Shown: positions 21,166 to 31,568 of the stretch, piece by piece | Numbering within the stretch: the first letter of the stretch is position 1 | Layout: the number at the start of each line of letters is the position of its first letter | Origin: Nitrospirales bacterium | Lineage (GTDB): Bacteria > Nitrospirota > Nitrospiria > Nitrospirales > UBA8639 | Length of the DNA stretch: 64,000 nt | Reading direction: 5' to 3' | NCBI GenBank assembly: GCA_963422365.1 | Contig: OY729426.1 | Span: forward strand, 2,336,001 to 2,400,000 | Program-made: the position numbers and the translations under genes | The notes under the pieces: model-generated | Databases searched by the model: none | What the model saw: the letters and a program-made list of their open reading frames with translations, nothing else | Told to the model about the DNA's origin: nothing

Positions 21166-22074
21166 ATGGAAATCGGATTTATCGGACTTGGTAAAATGGG
21201 CCTGAAGATGGTGGCCCGGCTTCAGCAGAGTGATCATCGGGTGATTGTATTTGATCAGGCGCAGGGCCTCGTAACACAAGCTGAAGGGACCGGAGCGGTT
21301 GGAGCCGCTTCGCTTCAAGACCTCGTCTTGAAACTCGTCAAGCCTCGCGCAATCTGGCTGATGGTACCTTCGGGTGCGCCCACAGAAGACACCGTTCAAG
21401 CCCTTGCCGACCTGTTGGAACCCGATGACGTCATCATCGATGGAGGCAACACCAACTTCCATGACGATGTCCGTCGGGCTGCCGAATTGAAAACGAAACA
21501 GATTCATTACATGGATGCCGGAACCAGCGGAGGCATTTGGGGACGACAGACTGGATATTGCCTGATGATAGGCGGTGAAGAAGAACTTGCCCATCGGCTT
21601 GAACCGATTTTCGCCACACTGGCCCCAGAAGATGGATGGGCCCATGTTGGCGCTCATGGAGCCGGACATTACGTCAAAATGGTGCATAACGGCATTGAAT
21701 ACAGCATGATGCAAGGCTACGCCGAAGGGTTTGAATTGATGTCGAAGAGCGATTACCCCCTTGATCTGCCGAAGATTGCCGATCTGTGGATGCATGGAAG
21801 CGTTGTGCGATCATGGCTTTTAGAACTCGGAGCCACTGCCCTCAAAGAGGATCCAACACTCGCTGAATTACAAGGATATGTTCAAGATTCGGGTGAAGGT
21901 CGATGGATGCTGATGGAGGCCATAGACAAGGAAATCCCAGTCCCGACCCTGTCCTCTGCGCTCTTCACCCGTTTCCGGTCCAGGCAGGAAGAGTCTTTTT
22001 CGGAGAAAATGCTCGCGGCTCTCCGCCGTGCATTTGGTGGCCATAGGGTTAAACGGGACTCAACGTCACCTTGA
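21166..22074 (+). CDS. gnd: 6-phosphogluconate dehydrogenase (short decarboxylating type)
   Basis: IGLGKMG, IDGGN, GTSGG, GHYVKMVHNGIEY, DSGEGRW, AFGGH; RBS AAGGAG before ATG 21166. Confidence 0.95.
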   Translation: MEIGFIGLGKMGLKMVARLQQSDHRVIVFDQAQGLVTQAEGTGAVGAASLQDLVLKLVKPRAIWLMVPSGAPTEDTVQALADLLEPDDVIIDGGNTNFHDDVRRAAELKTKQIHYMDAGTSGGIWGRQTGYCLMIGGEEELAHRLEPIFATLAPEDGWAHVGAHGAGHYVKMVHNGIEYSMMQGYAEGFELMSKSDYPLDLPKIADLWMHGSVVRSWLLELGATALKEDPTLAELQGYVQDSGEGRWMLMEAIDKEIPVPTLSSALFTRFRSRQEESFSEKMLAALRRAFGGHRVKRDSTSP

Positions 22075-22084
22075 GCAGCATGCC

Positions 22085-23635
22085 ATGACAAGGACCATAC
22101 AGCAACAAGAGCAGCCCTTCTCGAGACAGACCGGCTCTGGCGTACAGGTCGAACCCTGTACCCTCGTTATTTTTGGGGGGTCTGGAGACCTCACCCGACG
22201 CAAGCTCTTACCAGCTCTTTACAATCTGATGCTTGATGGATTGCTCCCTCTCAACTATGCCGTGCTTGGCATTGGACGCAAGCCTTGGAGTGACGATGAG
22301 TTCAGGAAAGTCGCGCACAGCGGCATTGAGCAATTTTCTCGGCAGCCGCTCCAACAAGATACGTGGACGGACTTTGCACGACGCCTGCATTATGTCTCAG
22401 GATCCAGTGAAGACCTGACGATGTATCAAGAGCTCAAAAACCGAATCGAAGAAATCGAGACCCAATTCCCTTTGCCAGGCCATCGCATCTTCTACTTAGC
22501 GATTCCGCCTACCTCCTTTGGGCCCTCCTGTGAAGGGTTACGGCATGCCGGACTGATCTATCCAGCTGAACGGCCTGATCGCGGCTCCCGCGTCATCGTT
22601 GAAAAACCCATTGGCCATGATCTGGAGTCGGCAAAGGCTATCAATACAACGATCGGGGAAGTCTTTGATGAATCTCAAATCTACCGTATCGATCATTATC
22701 TCGGAAAAGAAACAGTTCAGAATATTATGGTGCTCCGATTCGCTAACAGCATTTTCGAACCCATCTGGAATCATCAATATATCGACCACGTCCAAATGAC
22801 CGTGAGTGAAGAGGAAGGCGTAGGCACCAGAGCGAGCTATTACGAGGAAGCTGGAGCACTCCGGGATATGATGCAAAATCACATCCTCCAACTCCTCTGC
22901 CTGATTGCCATGGAACCACCCTATTCATTAGAGACGGACGTCGTTCGCAATGCCCGCATGGAGGTGCTTCGTTCTCTCCACCCTATCCGTGGCAAAGATG
23001 TGGAGAAGGTCACGGTTCGTGCGCAATACGCCCATGGAACCATCAACGGGCAGGATGTTCCCGGGTACCGCCGAGAGGAAGGCGTCAGATCGGATTCGAC
23101 AACGGAGACGTATGTGGCTCTGCGGTGTTACGTAGAAAATTGGCGGTGGTCAGGAGTGCCCTTTTATCTGCGAACCGGGAAAGCGATGCCACGTCGAGCT
23201 ACAGAAATTGCGGTGCAATTCAAAGATATTCCGGAAATTCTTTTCAACGCCGCCTCCCAAATGCGCCAGGCACCTAATGTGCTGACGCTTCGGATTCAAC
23301 CACACGAGGGAATGGCCTTGCGCATCATGTCGAAGATTCCTGGCAGTCGAGCAAAAACCCATCCCGTCGATATGAACTTCAACTATGGTGATACCTTTTC
23401 TACTCCATCGCCTGAAGCCTATGAACGGTTGTTGTTGGACGTGATGGCCGGAGACGCCTCGCTGTTTATGCGGCGCGATGCCGTGGAAGCCTCATGGGCC
23501 TGGATTACGGATATTCTTGACGGCTGGAAAGCCCATGGCGGCCGATGGCTGCCCGAATACCCCGCAGGCACATGGGGCCCCGTTGAAGCGGACAAGCTCA
23601 TCGAAACCGACAGGCGAAAGTGGCGATTGGTGTGA
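22085..23635 (+). CDS. zwf: Glucose-6-phosphate 1-dehydrogenase
   Basis: IFGGSGDL, EKPIG, RIDHYLGKE, RDMMQNH, GVPFYLRTGK, AYERLL. Confidence 0.96.
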   Translation: MTRTIQQQEQPFSRQTGSGVQVEPCTLVIFGGSGDLTRRKLLPALYNLMLDGLLPLNYAVLGIGRKPWSDDEFRKVAHSGIEQFSRQPLQQDTWTDFARRLHYVSGSSEDLTMYQELKNRIEEIETQFPLPGHRIFYLAIPPTSFGPSCEGLRHAGLIYPAERPDRGSRVIVEKPIGHDLESAKAINTTIGEVFDESQIYRIDHYLGKETVQNIMVLRFANSIFEPIWNHQYIDHVQMTVSEEEGVGTRASYYEEAGALRDMMQNHILQLLCLIAMEPPYSLETDVVRNARMEVLRSLHPIRGKDVEKVTVRAQYAHGTINGQDVPGYRREEGVRSDSTTETYVALRCYVENWRWSGVPFYLRTGKAMPRRATEIAVQFKDIPEILFNAASQMRQAPNVLTLRIQPHEGMALRIMSKIPGSRAKTHPVDMNFNYGDTFSTPSPEAYERLLLDVMAGDASLFMRRDAVEASWAWITDILDGWKAHGGRWLPEYPAGTWGPVEADKLIETDRRKWRLV

Positions 23636-23698
23636 CGCCGGCATTGCGTCATCTATCCTAGCCGCCCCTTCTGTTCTCCCTTGCGACCCCCGGTCGTC

Positions 23699-25426
23699 TC
23701 AAGACGGTGTAAGCAACGCCCCCTCGACCGCCTTCTGAATTCGCTGTAACCCACCTTCAATATCAAGCCCAAGATGAATCCGAATCACTCGCCGATTGCG
23801 AGTAGAAAGACTCTTCATATCTCCCAATGCTTGTGCGGCTGCTAACGTACCAAAAGAATGGGGCTCCTCAGGAATTTCCAGATCCTTTCTCTGGTCCGCC
23901 GTGACCTGAATAAACACTCCTGAATTGGGACCACCCTTATGGAGTTGGCCGGTTGAATGAAGAAAGCGCGGGCCATACCCCAATGTCGTCGCGACTTGTT
24001 TCGCATGGCGAACAATGGTGCGAATGTGCTGAAAGGTGTCATGAACCGCTGGAGTCCGTTCGAGATACGCATTGATCGCAACATAATCCCCGACCCGTAC
24101 ACGGGAGAGATGCGCGGCCACCGCGCAGGCTAACGAAGATGCGCCCTCTAACGCCTGCTGATTCACGGCATCGGCAAAGATACGGATGTCCCCATCCGTG
24201 ATAACGGGCGATGCCTCTGGCAATCGTCCACTCTGTGTAAATTCTTCAAGATAGAACATGGTACACTCTTTACTCTCCTGGACATGGGGTTGATCGAACG
24301 CATTAATTCCCAACAGAGACCCGGCGGTCGCGGTCGCCATCTCCCACCGGAAAAACTCCTGCCCGAGATTCAGGAAACTCGTGAAATCAATGCGCACGAC
24401 TGGATGACCCACCACTTTCAGGGCATCGACTTTTGCATCTTGCTCCGGAACGGCTCCGTCCGCATAACGGATATACACAAACACACGATCGTTGCCGTAG
24501 ACAGGCGGCACGCTTAACGGTTCATCATCAACCGGAATGAGGCCCTTTCCTTCTTTTCCTGTACTTTCGGCAATCAACTGTTCCAACCAGGCACCTAAAT
24601 CACTGATGGCAGGAGAAGTGATAATCGTCACCTTATCATGACCAGCCTTGGCTAATATGCCTAAGACCACCCCTAACACGACCCCGGGATTGTCGGCAGC
24701 AGGCACGGCTGCATCGCAACTCCGACGCATGTGTTCGGCTTGAGACAGAAGAGACTCAACATTCACTCCCATCGCGGCGGCCGGCACCATACCAAAATTG
24801 GATAAGGCTGAATAGCGTCCTCCAATGTCAGGTACACCGTGGAAAATATCTCGAAACTGGAGTTCTCGGGCTAGGTGTTCTAAGAAAGAGCCTGGATCGG
24901 TAATCGCGATAAAATTCTCACCGGCACGATCACCCTTGATCTGCCGCATCCGTTGAAAGAAATGTTTTTGGAACACCAATGGTTCGGTGGTTGAGCCAGA
25001 CTTACTCGCCACGATGCACAGCGTATGCTCAAGATCGACTGTTTCTTCAAAACTCCGCACTTGCGAGGGGATGGTACTATCTAACACGTGCAGTTCAGGA
25101 TAGCCGGAGATGACGCCAAAGGTCATGCGGCACACTTCCGGACAGAGGCTGCTACCGCCCATTCCCAACAGGAGGATATGGGTAAACCCGGCGTTTTTGA
25201 CATCATCTGCGAACGCCTGCAGCCGCGATACGTCACGGACCTGCTGTTCAGAAACGGATAGCCAACCGAGGGCGTTTCGAATGATGGTTTGATGGGCAGG
25301 AGCCTTATGCCAGAGCGTGGGATCTTTAGCCCACATTCTGCGGACAAAATCCTTGGCTTGTAAGTCGTCGAGTACAGCATGCACGGCCGCATCGTATGCT
25401 CCTACGGCATAGGTTTGGTGGTTCAT
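23699..25426 (-). CDS. pgi: Glucose-6-phosphate isomerase (Tal-Pgi type, Pgi domain only)
   Basis: LLGMGGSSL, SKSGST, GGRYSALS, EQLIAESTGK, GPRFLHSTGQLHKGG. Confidence 0.88.
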   Translation of the reverse strand: MNHQTYAVGAYDAAVHAVLDDLQAKDFVRRMWAKDPTLWHKAPAHQTIIRNALGWLSVSEQQVRDVSRLQAFADDVKNAGFTHILLLGMGGSSLCPEVCRMTFGVISGYPELHVLDSTIPSQVRSFEETVDLEHTLCIVASKSGSTTEPLVFQKHFFQRMRQIKGDRAGENFIAITDPGSFLEHLARELQFRDIFHGVPDIGGRYSALSNFGMVPAAAMGVNVESLLSQAEHMRRSCDAAVPAADNPGVVLGVVLGILAKAGHDKVTIITSPAISDLGAWLEQLIAESTGKEGKGLIPVDDEPLSVPPVYGNDRVFVYIRYADGAVPEQDAKVDALKVVGHPVVRIDFTSFLNLGQEFFRWEMATATAGSLLGINAFDQPHVQESKECTMFYLEEFTQSGRLPEASPVITDGDIRIFADAVNQQALEGASSLACAVAAHLSRVRVGDYVAINAYLERTPAVHDTFQHIRTIVRHAKQVATTLGYGPRFLHSTGQLHKGGPNSGVFIQVTADQRKDLEIPEEPHSFGTLAAAQALGDMKSLSTRNRRVIRIHLGLDIEGGLQRIQKAVEGALLTPS

Positions 25427-25579
25427 CTTTGGGCCACGCAACTTGGTTCATTCCTGACTTTTCACAGCCATATGTCGACACGCGATTCAATAAGTAGCCG
25501 AACCCATTCTGTCATAACTGGTTGTGTACAGTGCGAGACGACAATCTGTTCGTTAACGGCATTCTCGGTACGAATGCCC

Positions 25580-27664
25580 TTAACGAACTTCCGCGCTTCC
25601 TGTCGTCGCCAACTGTTGTTTGGCAGCGGCTACGACCAGATCGACGGTAAATCCAAAATGTTTGAGTAGATCTTTAAACGGCGCCGACGATCCATAGGTA
25701 TTTATACCTATACTTGTGCCGTTCGACCCCACATATTTACTCCAACCAAACGTCGTCGCTTGCTCAACAGAAACCCTGGCCGTCACCTCAGGAGGAAGAA
25801 CACGATCCCGATACTCTTGACTCTGCTGTTCAAAGAGTGACCAGGCTGGCATACTCACGACTCGGGCATGGATTCCTTGCCCTTTGAGCTCCTCATAGGC
25901 TTGCACACAGAGAGACACTTCGCTCCCGGAAGCCAACAGTAGCACCTCGGGTTGGTTCCTCTCAGCATCAGCCAAGACATACGCTCCCTTGGCGAGGCCG
26001 CTGGCTGACGCATACCGTGTCCGGTCCAACGTCGGAATGGCCTGACGCGTTAAGACAAGTATCACGGGTTGATGTTGGAGTTGCATAATCACCCGCCACG
26101 CTTCCACGACTTCATTGGCATCCCCAGGCCGAATCGTCATGAGATCGGGAATGGCGCGTAAGGACGCCAGATGCTCTATGGGTTGATGAGTCGGCCCATC
26201 TTCGCCAAGACTAATCGAATCATGGGTCAACACATAAATCACTGGAATTTTCATCATGGCCGCAAGGCGAATGGCTGGTCGTCCGTAATCGCTGAAAACC
26301 AAAAATCCAGCGCCATAGGGACGAACTTTCGAGAGAGCCATCCCACTCAAAATCGAACCCATCGCATGTTCCCGAACACCAAAATGCAAATTGCGCCCAC
26401 CCTCGGACCCGGCTTGAAAATCTCCGGCCCCCTCAAAGGTCAGGAGCGTTTTGGTGGAAGGGGCCAAATCTGCAGAGCCTCCCATTAACCAAGGGACTTC
26501 CTTGGCAACGGCATTGAGCACTTTTCCGGAGGACTCCCGACTCGCCAGGCCTTTGGGGTCCGCAGGAAATTCGGGCAACCCCCGGTCCCAATGTTCAGGG
26601 AGTTGCCGGTGTTCCATTTTCAAGAGTTGATCCGCCAGTTCAGGATACTTCTCCTGGTAAGCGTGAAACCTGGTTGTCCAGGCATTTCGTTCGGCCTTTC
26701 CTCGCTCCCCTATCCCACATCGAAAATGTGCCAACACTGACTCGGGAACCAGGAATTTCGCATCTTCAGGCCATCCGTAGTTTTTTTTCGTCAGACGAAT
26801 CTCGTCTTCGCCCAACGGTTCGCCATGTGCCCCATGAGTATCTTGTTTATTGGGTGCCCCAAACGCAATGTGACTATCAACAATCATAAGGGTCGGAGCT
26901 TCGATTTCGTTCTTGAAAGCATTGAACGCCTGCGTTAACAATTCCAAATCATTTGCATCGTTGACATGCGTCACGTTCCATCCATAGGCTCGAAACCGTT
27001 CATCCACGGCTTCACTAAAGGCCAGGGCGGTTTTGCCCTCGATGGTAATGCGATTGTTATCATACATCCAACAGAGATTCGACAACTTGAGATGACCGGC
27101 AAGCGAGGCTGCTTCGCTGGAAAGCCCCTCCATGAAACACCCATCTCCACAAAAAGAAAAAACATCGTAATCGATGACGTTGAAACCCGGCCGATTGAAA
27201 TACTGAGCCATCCATCGTTGGGCAATGGCCATGCCTACACTATTAGCCAATCCCTGTCCTAGAGGGCCGGTTGTGGTTTCTACGCCAGTCGTCCAAGGAT
27301 ACTCTGGATGCCCAGGACATTTGCCACGCAACTGTCGAAACCGTTTGATATCATCCAGAGTCACCGCAAGCTCGTTGGTTGGTTCAGACCCATCACCAAT
27401 CGCTTTGATTTGGCAAAGATGGAGGACGGCATAGAGCAGCATCGATGCATGACCAACCGACAGGACAAATCGATCCCGATTGGGCCAACTAGGATCACCA
27501 GGATCAAAACGCAAAAACCGATTCCACAAGCAATACGCCACCGGTGCCAGAGCCATTGGGGTGCCGGGATGGCCTGATTGTGCAGCTTGCACCGCATCCA
27601 TCGCTAATGTGCGAATGGTGTTGATACTGAGCTGCTCTACGGATTGGGGCCCTGACATCGTCAT
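25580..27664 (-). CDS. tkt: Transketolase
   Basis: SGHPG, RDRFVLSVGHAS, TTGPLGQG, GDGCFMEG, GVREHAMG, THDSISLGEDGPTHQP. Confidence 0.96.
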   Translation of the reverse strand: MTMSGPQSVEQLSINTIRTLAMDAVQAAQSGHPGTPMALAPVAYCLWNRFLRFDPGDPSWPNRDRFVLSVGHASMLLYAVLHLCQIKAIGDGSEPTNELAVTLDDIKRFRQLRGKCPGHPEYPWTTGVETTTGPLGQGLANSVGMAIAQRWMAQYFNRPGFNVIDYDVFSFCGDGCFMEGLSSEAASLAGHLKLSNLCWMYDNNRITIEGKTALAFSEAVDERFRAYGWNVTHVNDANDLELLTQAFNAFKNEIEAPTLMIVDSHIAFGAPNKQDTHGAHGEPLGEDEIRLTKKNYGWPEDAKFLVPESVLAHFRCGIGERGKAERNAWTTRFHAYQEKYPELADQLLKMEHRQLPEHWDRGLPEFPADPKGLASRESSGKVLNAVAKEVPWLMGGSADLAPSTKTLLTFEGAGDFQAGSEGGRNLHFGVREHAMGSILSGMALSKVRPYGAGFLVFSDYGRPAIRLAAMMKIPVIYVLTHDSISLGEDGPTHQPIEHLASLRAIPDLMTIRPGDANEVVEAWRVIMQLQHQPVILVLTRQAIPTLDRTRYASASGLAKGAYVLADAERNQPEVLLLASGSEVSLCVQAYEELKGQGIHARVVSMPAWSLFEQQSQEYRDRVLPPEVTARVSVEQATTFGWSKYVGSNGTSIGINTYGSSAPFKDLLKHFGFTVDLVVAAAKQQLATTGSAEVR

Positions 27665-27946
27665 TATCCCTTTCCTGAGAAGATGAGAAATAATGGATGA
27701 TCGCTCACGACTTTTTCTAAAAACCTTTCGGCATGATCAATGCTTGTGATCGTTCCGCCGTATTCGTCTGTGGTTCCGATTTGTCACAATATACTTTTTT
27801 TACCTAGGTTAAATATCGTTCCAGCAAAAATTCTGCCAACTGGAGAATACCTTTTTGAAAGGGGCCTTGCCAAATGGGACACCGGATATCGAGGGTTCAG
27901 TGGTTCATGGCAAACCGACTTCCCCTGCCTTATGATGATACCTGTG

Positions 27947-28201
27947 ATGAAAGTCATTGTGACCCATCCACGTAAAGAGATTGAAGTTCAGAGCCCGACT
28001 CAAGTCCATCAGATCCTGCAACAACTCAACCTGACTCCGGAAGCCTACTTGGTCATCCGTGGAGACGAGTTGGTCACGGAGGATACGGTGCTTCAGGATT
28101 CAGACTCGATTGAAATCAGGTCGGTTATTTCTGGAGGTTCGCCACTCTATACGTTGCCGAAAATGTTCTCATCCCGCCGTCATCAAAATGCCCAGGCATA
28201 A
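27947..28201 (+). CDS. ThiS/MoaD-family sulfur carrier (TtuB-like) with 20-aa extension after Gly-Gly
   Basis: 64-aa ubiquitin-like body ending IEIRSVISGG, then reading on; directly upstream of a ttuA-like gene. Confidence 0.75.
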   Translation: MKVIVTHPRKEIEVQSPTQVHQILQQLNLTPEAYLVIRGDELVTEDTVLQDSDSIEIRSVISGGSPLYTLPKMFSSRRHQNAQA

Positions 28202-29084
28202 TATCTCCTTGTGCAAAGACAGCTTTACCGAGTTTGTGCATACTCAGGTTCACGAGCCATCAAATCCCACCGAATGTTCATTGCCAACGATCGCATTTTA
28301 GTAGCCGTATCCGGTGGCAAAGACAGCCTCACCCTCTGGGCCATTTTACTGAAACTTGGTTACCAAGCTGACGCATTATACGTCGACTTGGGCATTGGCG
28401 ATTACTCCCTTCGGTCCAGGCAAAAGGTCCAATGTTTTACTGACACTGTTGCGGCTAGCTACGAATCGAAACTCCACGTTCATAGGGTTGAACACGAGCA
28501 AGGCACCGGCATTCGAGAATTGGCGGAGTTAGTCCATCGACCAACGTACGCCACCTGCGGGACCATGAAGCGCTATCAATTTAACCGCATGGCTGTTGAG
28601 CAGGACTACGACGTGATGGCAACCGGTCATAACCTGGATGATGAAGCGGCCAGGCTACTGGGAAATGTCCTGCATTGGCAGACGGATTACTTGGACAAAC
28701 AAACACCCACCTTGCCTGCCTCACTCGGAGGGTTCGCCAAAAAGGTCAAGCCCCTCTATCGCCTGACGGAGCGAGAGATTGCAGCCTTATGCGGTCATCC
28801 ATCACATAGACTACATTGTAGATGAATGCCCCATGGCCAAGGGATCCAAGATGCTCGCCTATAAAAACGTGTTGAATCAGCTCAAGGCCGATTCGCCGGG
28901 AACCAAGCATGCCTTTTATCTGAAATTTTTAGATCGTCAAGCCAACCAGCAAGAAAGACCCTATACGATTGCTGAACAAGACCGACAACGCCTCCACCCC
29001 TGCACAACCTGCGAACAACCAACGTCCACAGACGTCTGCGCTTACTGCCAAATGATGGCCAAAGCCAAAGCCCACGCCTCATAA
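28149..29084 (+). pseudogene. ttuA: tRNA 2-thiolation enzyme TtuA/TtcA/Ctu1 family, frameshifted
   Basis: CRKC..H...C zinc finger, VAVSGGKDS PP-loop, TGHNLDDE, KVKPL, ECP, terminal CTTC/CAYC spread over three frames; probable start reads ATA; central CxxC reads YATC. Confidence 0.78.
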
Positions 29085-29130
29085 GCATCGAAAACCGGGG
29101 ATAGAGACAAACAGGTGGTCACGGAGACCA

Positions 29131-29495
29131 CTACCGAGACAGGAGGATCACTGTTTCTTTTCCTCCATGGCCATGCACGGAATCATGTGACCGAATGCGG
29201 ACTTTTTGAGTGGAGGGAGGAATTGTGACGTTCGACAGCGAACGAATAAACGGCTGTTCATTGACGGGTGGGTGAGCCAATTCTCTCGTCGCGAGCACTT
29301 TGCCATCCATTGAACGCACTTCTCACCAATCAGCGTAATGCTCCCACCCTTCATCCGCATCCTCAACCGTGGCAGTGAACTGACACACGAGATTCCTACT
29401 ACAGACGCCTTGGGCCTCAAGCACATCGGCATTCCCTGCTGAAGGCTTGGGTGAAATAAGACCATAAGGAGGACCATTCTCCAACGATATTTCAT
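29131..29495 (-). pseudogene. Small secreted hypothetical protein, interrupted
   Basis: Signal-peptide-like start, frameshift, then ADEGWEHYADW*EV...TRELAHP..NEQPF.RSL...HDSVHG; TGA at 29323-29325. Confidence 0.65.
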
Positions 29496-29601
29496 TCAGT
29501 CCCCCCATTTTTCTGCATGCTCTCACTATTCTACCCGATTCTCAACCAGATTTCAGATATGTCTGATGAATGGGATGACAGGGATCCTCAATATGAGCGA
29601 A

Positions 29602-29624
29602 GGCCGCATGAGGTGCGGCCCTAC
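29602..29624 (-). repeat. GTAG-type REP hairpin
   Basis: Minus strand GTAG-GGCCGCA-CCTCA-TGCGGCC; intergenic; single copy in window. Confidence 0.45.
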
Positions 29625-29770
29625 ATGGCTGGAATTTTCCCTCTAAGCCACGGATTAGTATTCCTCTCCGACCCGCACCCTAAGAATTGACCAAAGCGCA
29701 TCGACTATGCCACATTTCTCCTTTCTGCACAGTAACCACTTGAAGATGAAGAGATAGCTGGAGGACTCTT

Positions 29771-31441
29771 ATGGCTTTGGATCTCAAACACAAAAGTCGT
29801 GAGTTGACGGAGGGACCTGAACGGGCGCCGGCCCGGGCCATGTTACGGGCCGTGGGGCTTCGGGATGAGGATTTTGCTAAACCGCTCGTTGCGGTAGCGA
29901 ATACTTGGTCTGAGGTCACCCCATGCAATGTTCACCTACGTGATATTGCTGAAAAGGTTAAATTGGGGATCCACGAGGCAGGGGGGGTACCTCTTGAGTT
30001 CAATAGCATCGTCGTGTCGGATGGCATCAGCATGGGCACCGAGGGCATGAAGACCTCGCTGATCAGCCGTGAAGTCGTGGCCGATTCTATTGAACTGGTG
30101 GTCCGCGGTCATTTGTTTGACGCCGTGGTGGCCCTCTCCGGGTGTGATAAAACCATTCCCGGTACGGTCATGGCTCTGGCCCGACTCAATCTTCCCTCTC
30201 TGATGCTGTACGGGGGATCCATTATGCCTGGCCAATTCCAAGGCAGAAACGTCTCGATTCAAGAAGTGTTCGAGGCGGTGGGGGCTCATGCTCGCGGCAC
30301 CATGTCGGATGCCGAACTGCATGATCTCGAAAGTGATGCTTGCCCGGGAGCAGGGGCCTGTGGCGGGCAATTTACCGCCAATACCATGTCGATTGCGTTT
30401 GAGTTCTTGGGTATTTCGCCGATGGGGTTTAATGGCGTTCCCGCTCTGGACCCTCAAAAAGCATCCATCGCAGCCCAATGCGGGCATCTTATTATGGATC
30501 TGCTGAAACGTGACCTTTGCCCCAAAGACATTATCACACGAGATGCCTTGGAAAATGCGATTGCCGCGGTGGCTTCAACCGGTGGCTCGACGAATGCCGT
30601 GCTCCACCTTTTAGCCGTCGCCCATGAAATTGACGTTGAATTAAACATTGACGATTTCGATGCCATCAACCAACGGACTCCTCTGATCGCTGATTTGAAG
30701 CCAAGCGGCCGATACATGGCTGCGGACTTATATCAAGCCGGGGGCACCCGTCTCGTGGCCAAACGCTTGCTTGAGGCAGGCTTACTCAAGAGCGAGTGTA
30801 TGACCGTCACGGGACGAACCCTCAAGGAAGAAGCCAGCACCGCGTCGGAAACACCAGGCCAAAAAGTCCTCTCTCACGCGGAAGAGCCGATCAAGGCCAC
30901 GGGTGGTTTAGTCATTTTGCATGGGAACTTGGCTCCTGAAGGGTGTGTGGTCAAAGTTGCAGGACAGAACAAGCTGACCCATACCGGTCCAGCCAAAGTG
31001 TTTGATTGCGAAGAAGAGGCCTTCTCTGCGGTGCAGAATGGAAAAATCGTAGATGGCGATATCGTCGTGATTCGTTATGAAGGGCCTCAAGGGGGGCCTG
31101 GCATGCGAGAAATGCTGGGTGTGACCAGTGCCATTGTCGGCGCCGGCCTTGGCGAAACCGTGGCCCTGCTGACGGATGGCCGGTTTTCCGGCGCAACGCA
31201 TGGATTGATGGCCGGACATGTGACTCCGGAAGCCAACAAAGGTGGACCCATTGCAGTGGTTCAAAATGGAGACACGGTTACATTTGATGTCCCTAATCGG
31301 CGGCTCGATCTGATTCTTTCCACCGACGAAATAGATGCTCGGTTACAGCAATGGACCGTCCCGCGTCCGAAGTACACGAGAGGGGTCCTCGCAAAGTACG
31401 CTCATACTGTCTCATCGGCGTCCAAAGGTGCGGTCACCTGA
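29771..31441 (+). CDS. ilvD: Dihydroxy-acid dehydratase
   Basis: [54 protein letters not shown]. Confidence 0.97.
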   Translation: MALDLKHKSRELTEGPERAPARAMLRAVGLRDEDFAKPLVAVANTWSEVTPCNVHLRDIAEKVKLGIHEAGGVPLEFNSIVVSDGISMGTEGMKTSLISREVVADSIELVVRGHLFDAVVALSGCDKTIPGTVMALARLNLPSLMLYGGSIMPGQFQGRNVSIQEVFEAVGAHARGTMSDAELHDLESDACPGAGACGGQFTANTMSIAFEFLGISPMGFNGVPALDPQKASIAAQCGHLIMDLLKRDLCPKDIITRDALENAIAAVASTGGSTNAVLHLLAVAHEIDVELNIDDFDAINQRTPLIADLKPSGRYMAADLYQAGGTRLVAKRLLEAGLLKSECMTVTGRTLKEEASTASETPGQKVLSHAEEPIKATGGLVILHGNLAPEGCVVKVAGQNKLTHTGPAKVFDCEEEAFSAVQNGKIVDGDIVVIRYEGPQGGPGMREMLGVTSAIVGAGLGETVALLTDGRFSGATHGLMAGHVTPEANKGGPIAVVQNGDTVTFDVPNRRLDLILSTDEIDARLQQWTVPRPKYTRGVLAKYAHTVSSASKGAVT

Positions 31442-31502
31442 CAGCCTCTTTCCGTGATGACGGAACCTTCCTAGTTATCAAAACCATCTTGAACAACAGA
31501 AG

Positions 31503-31539
31503 AAAAAAGGCGAGAAGGTCAACAATCCTTCTCGCCTTT
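31503..31539. terminator. Bidirectional intrinsic terminator
   Basis: 13-bp perfect stem AAAGGCGAGAAGG/CCTTCTCGCCTTT between convergent genes, with A/T tails. Confidence 0.8.
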
Positions 31540-31568
31540 ACACAGGTCTGCATCAAACAATGGTTTCG

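Noticed and set aside
20959..21795. 278-aa antisense ORF over gnd
   Set aside because: Shadow ORF of a conserved gene; no motifs.
21166..27664. gnd-zwf / pgi-tkt cluster as a novel pathway
   Set aside because: Ordinary pentose-phosphate genes; missing pgl/tal are probably elsewhere in the genome.
956..29325. Stop-codon reassignment, or Sec/Pyl read-through, to explain in-frame TAG/TGA
   Set aside because: The stops replace different inferred residues (W, R, Q), co-occur with frameshifts, and TAG/TGA end intact genes normally.
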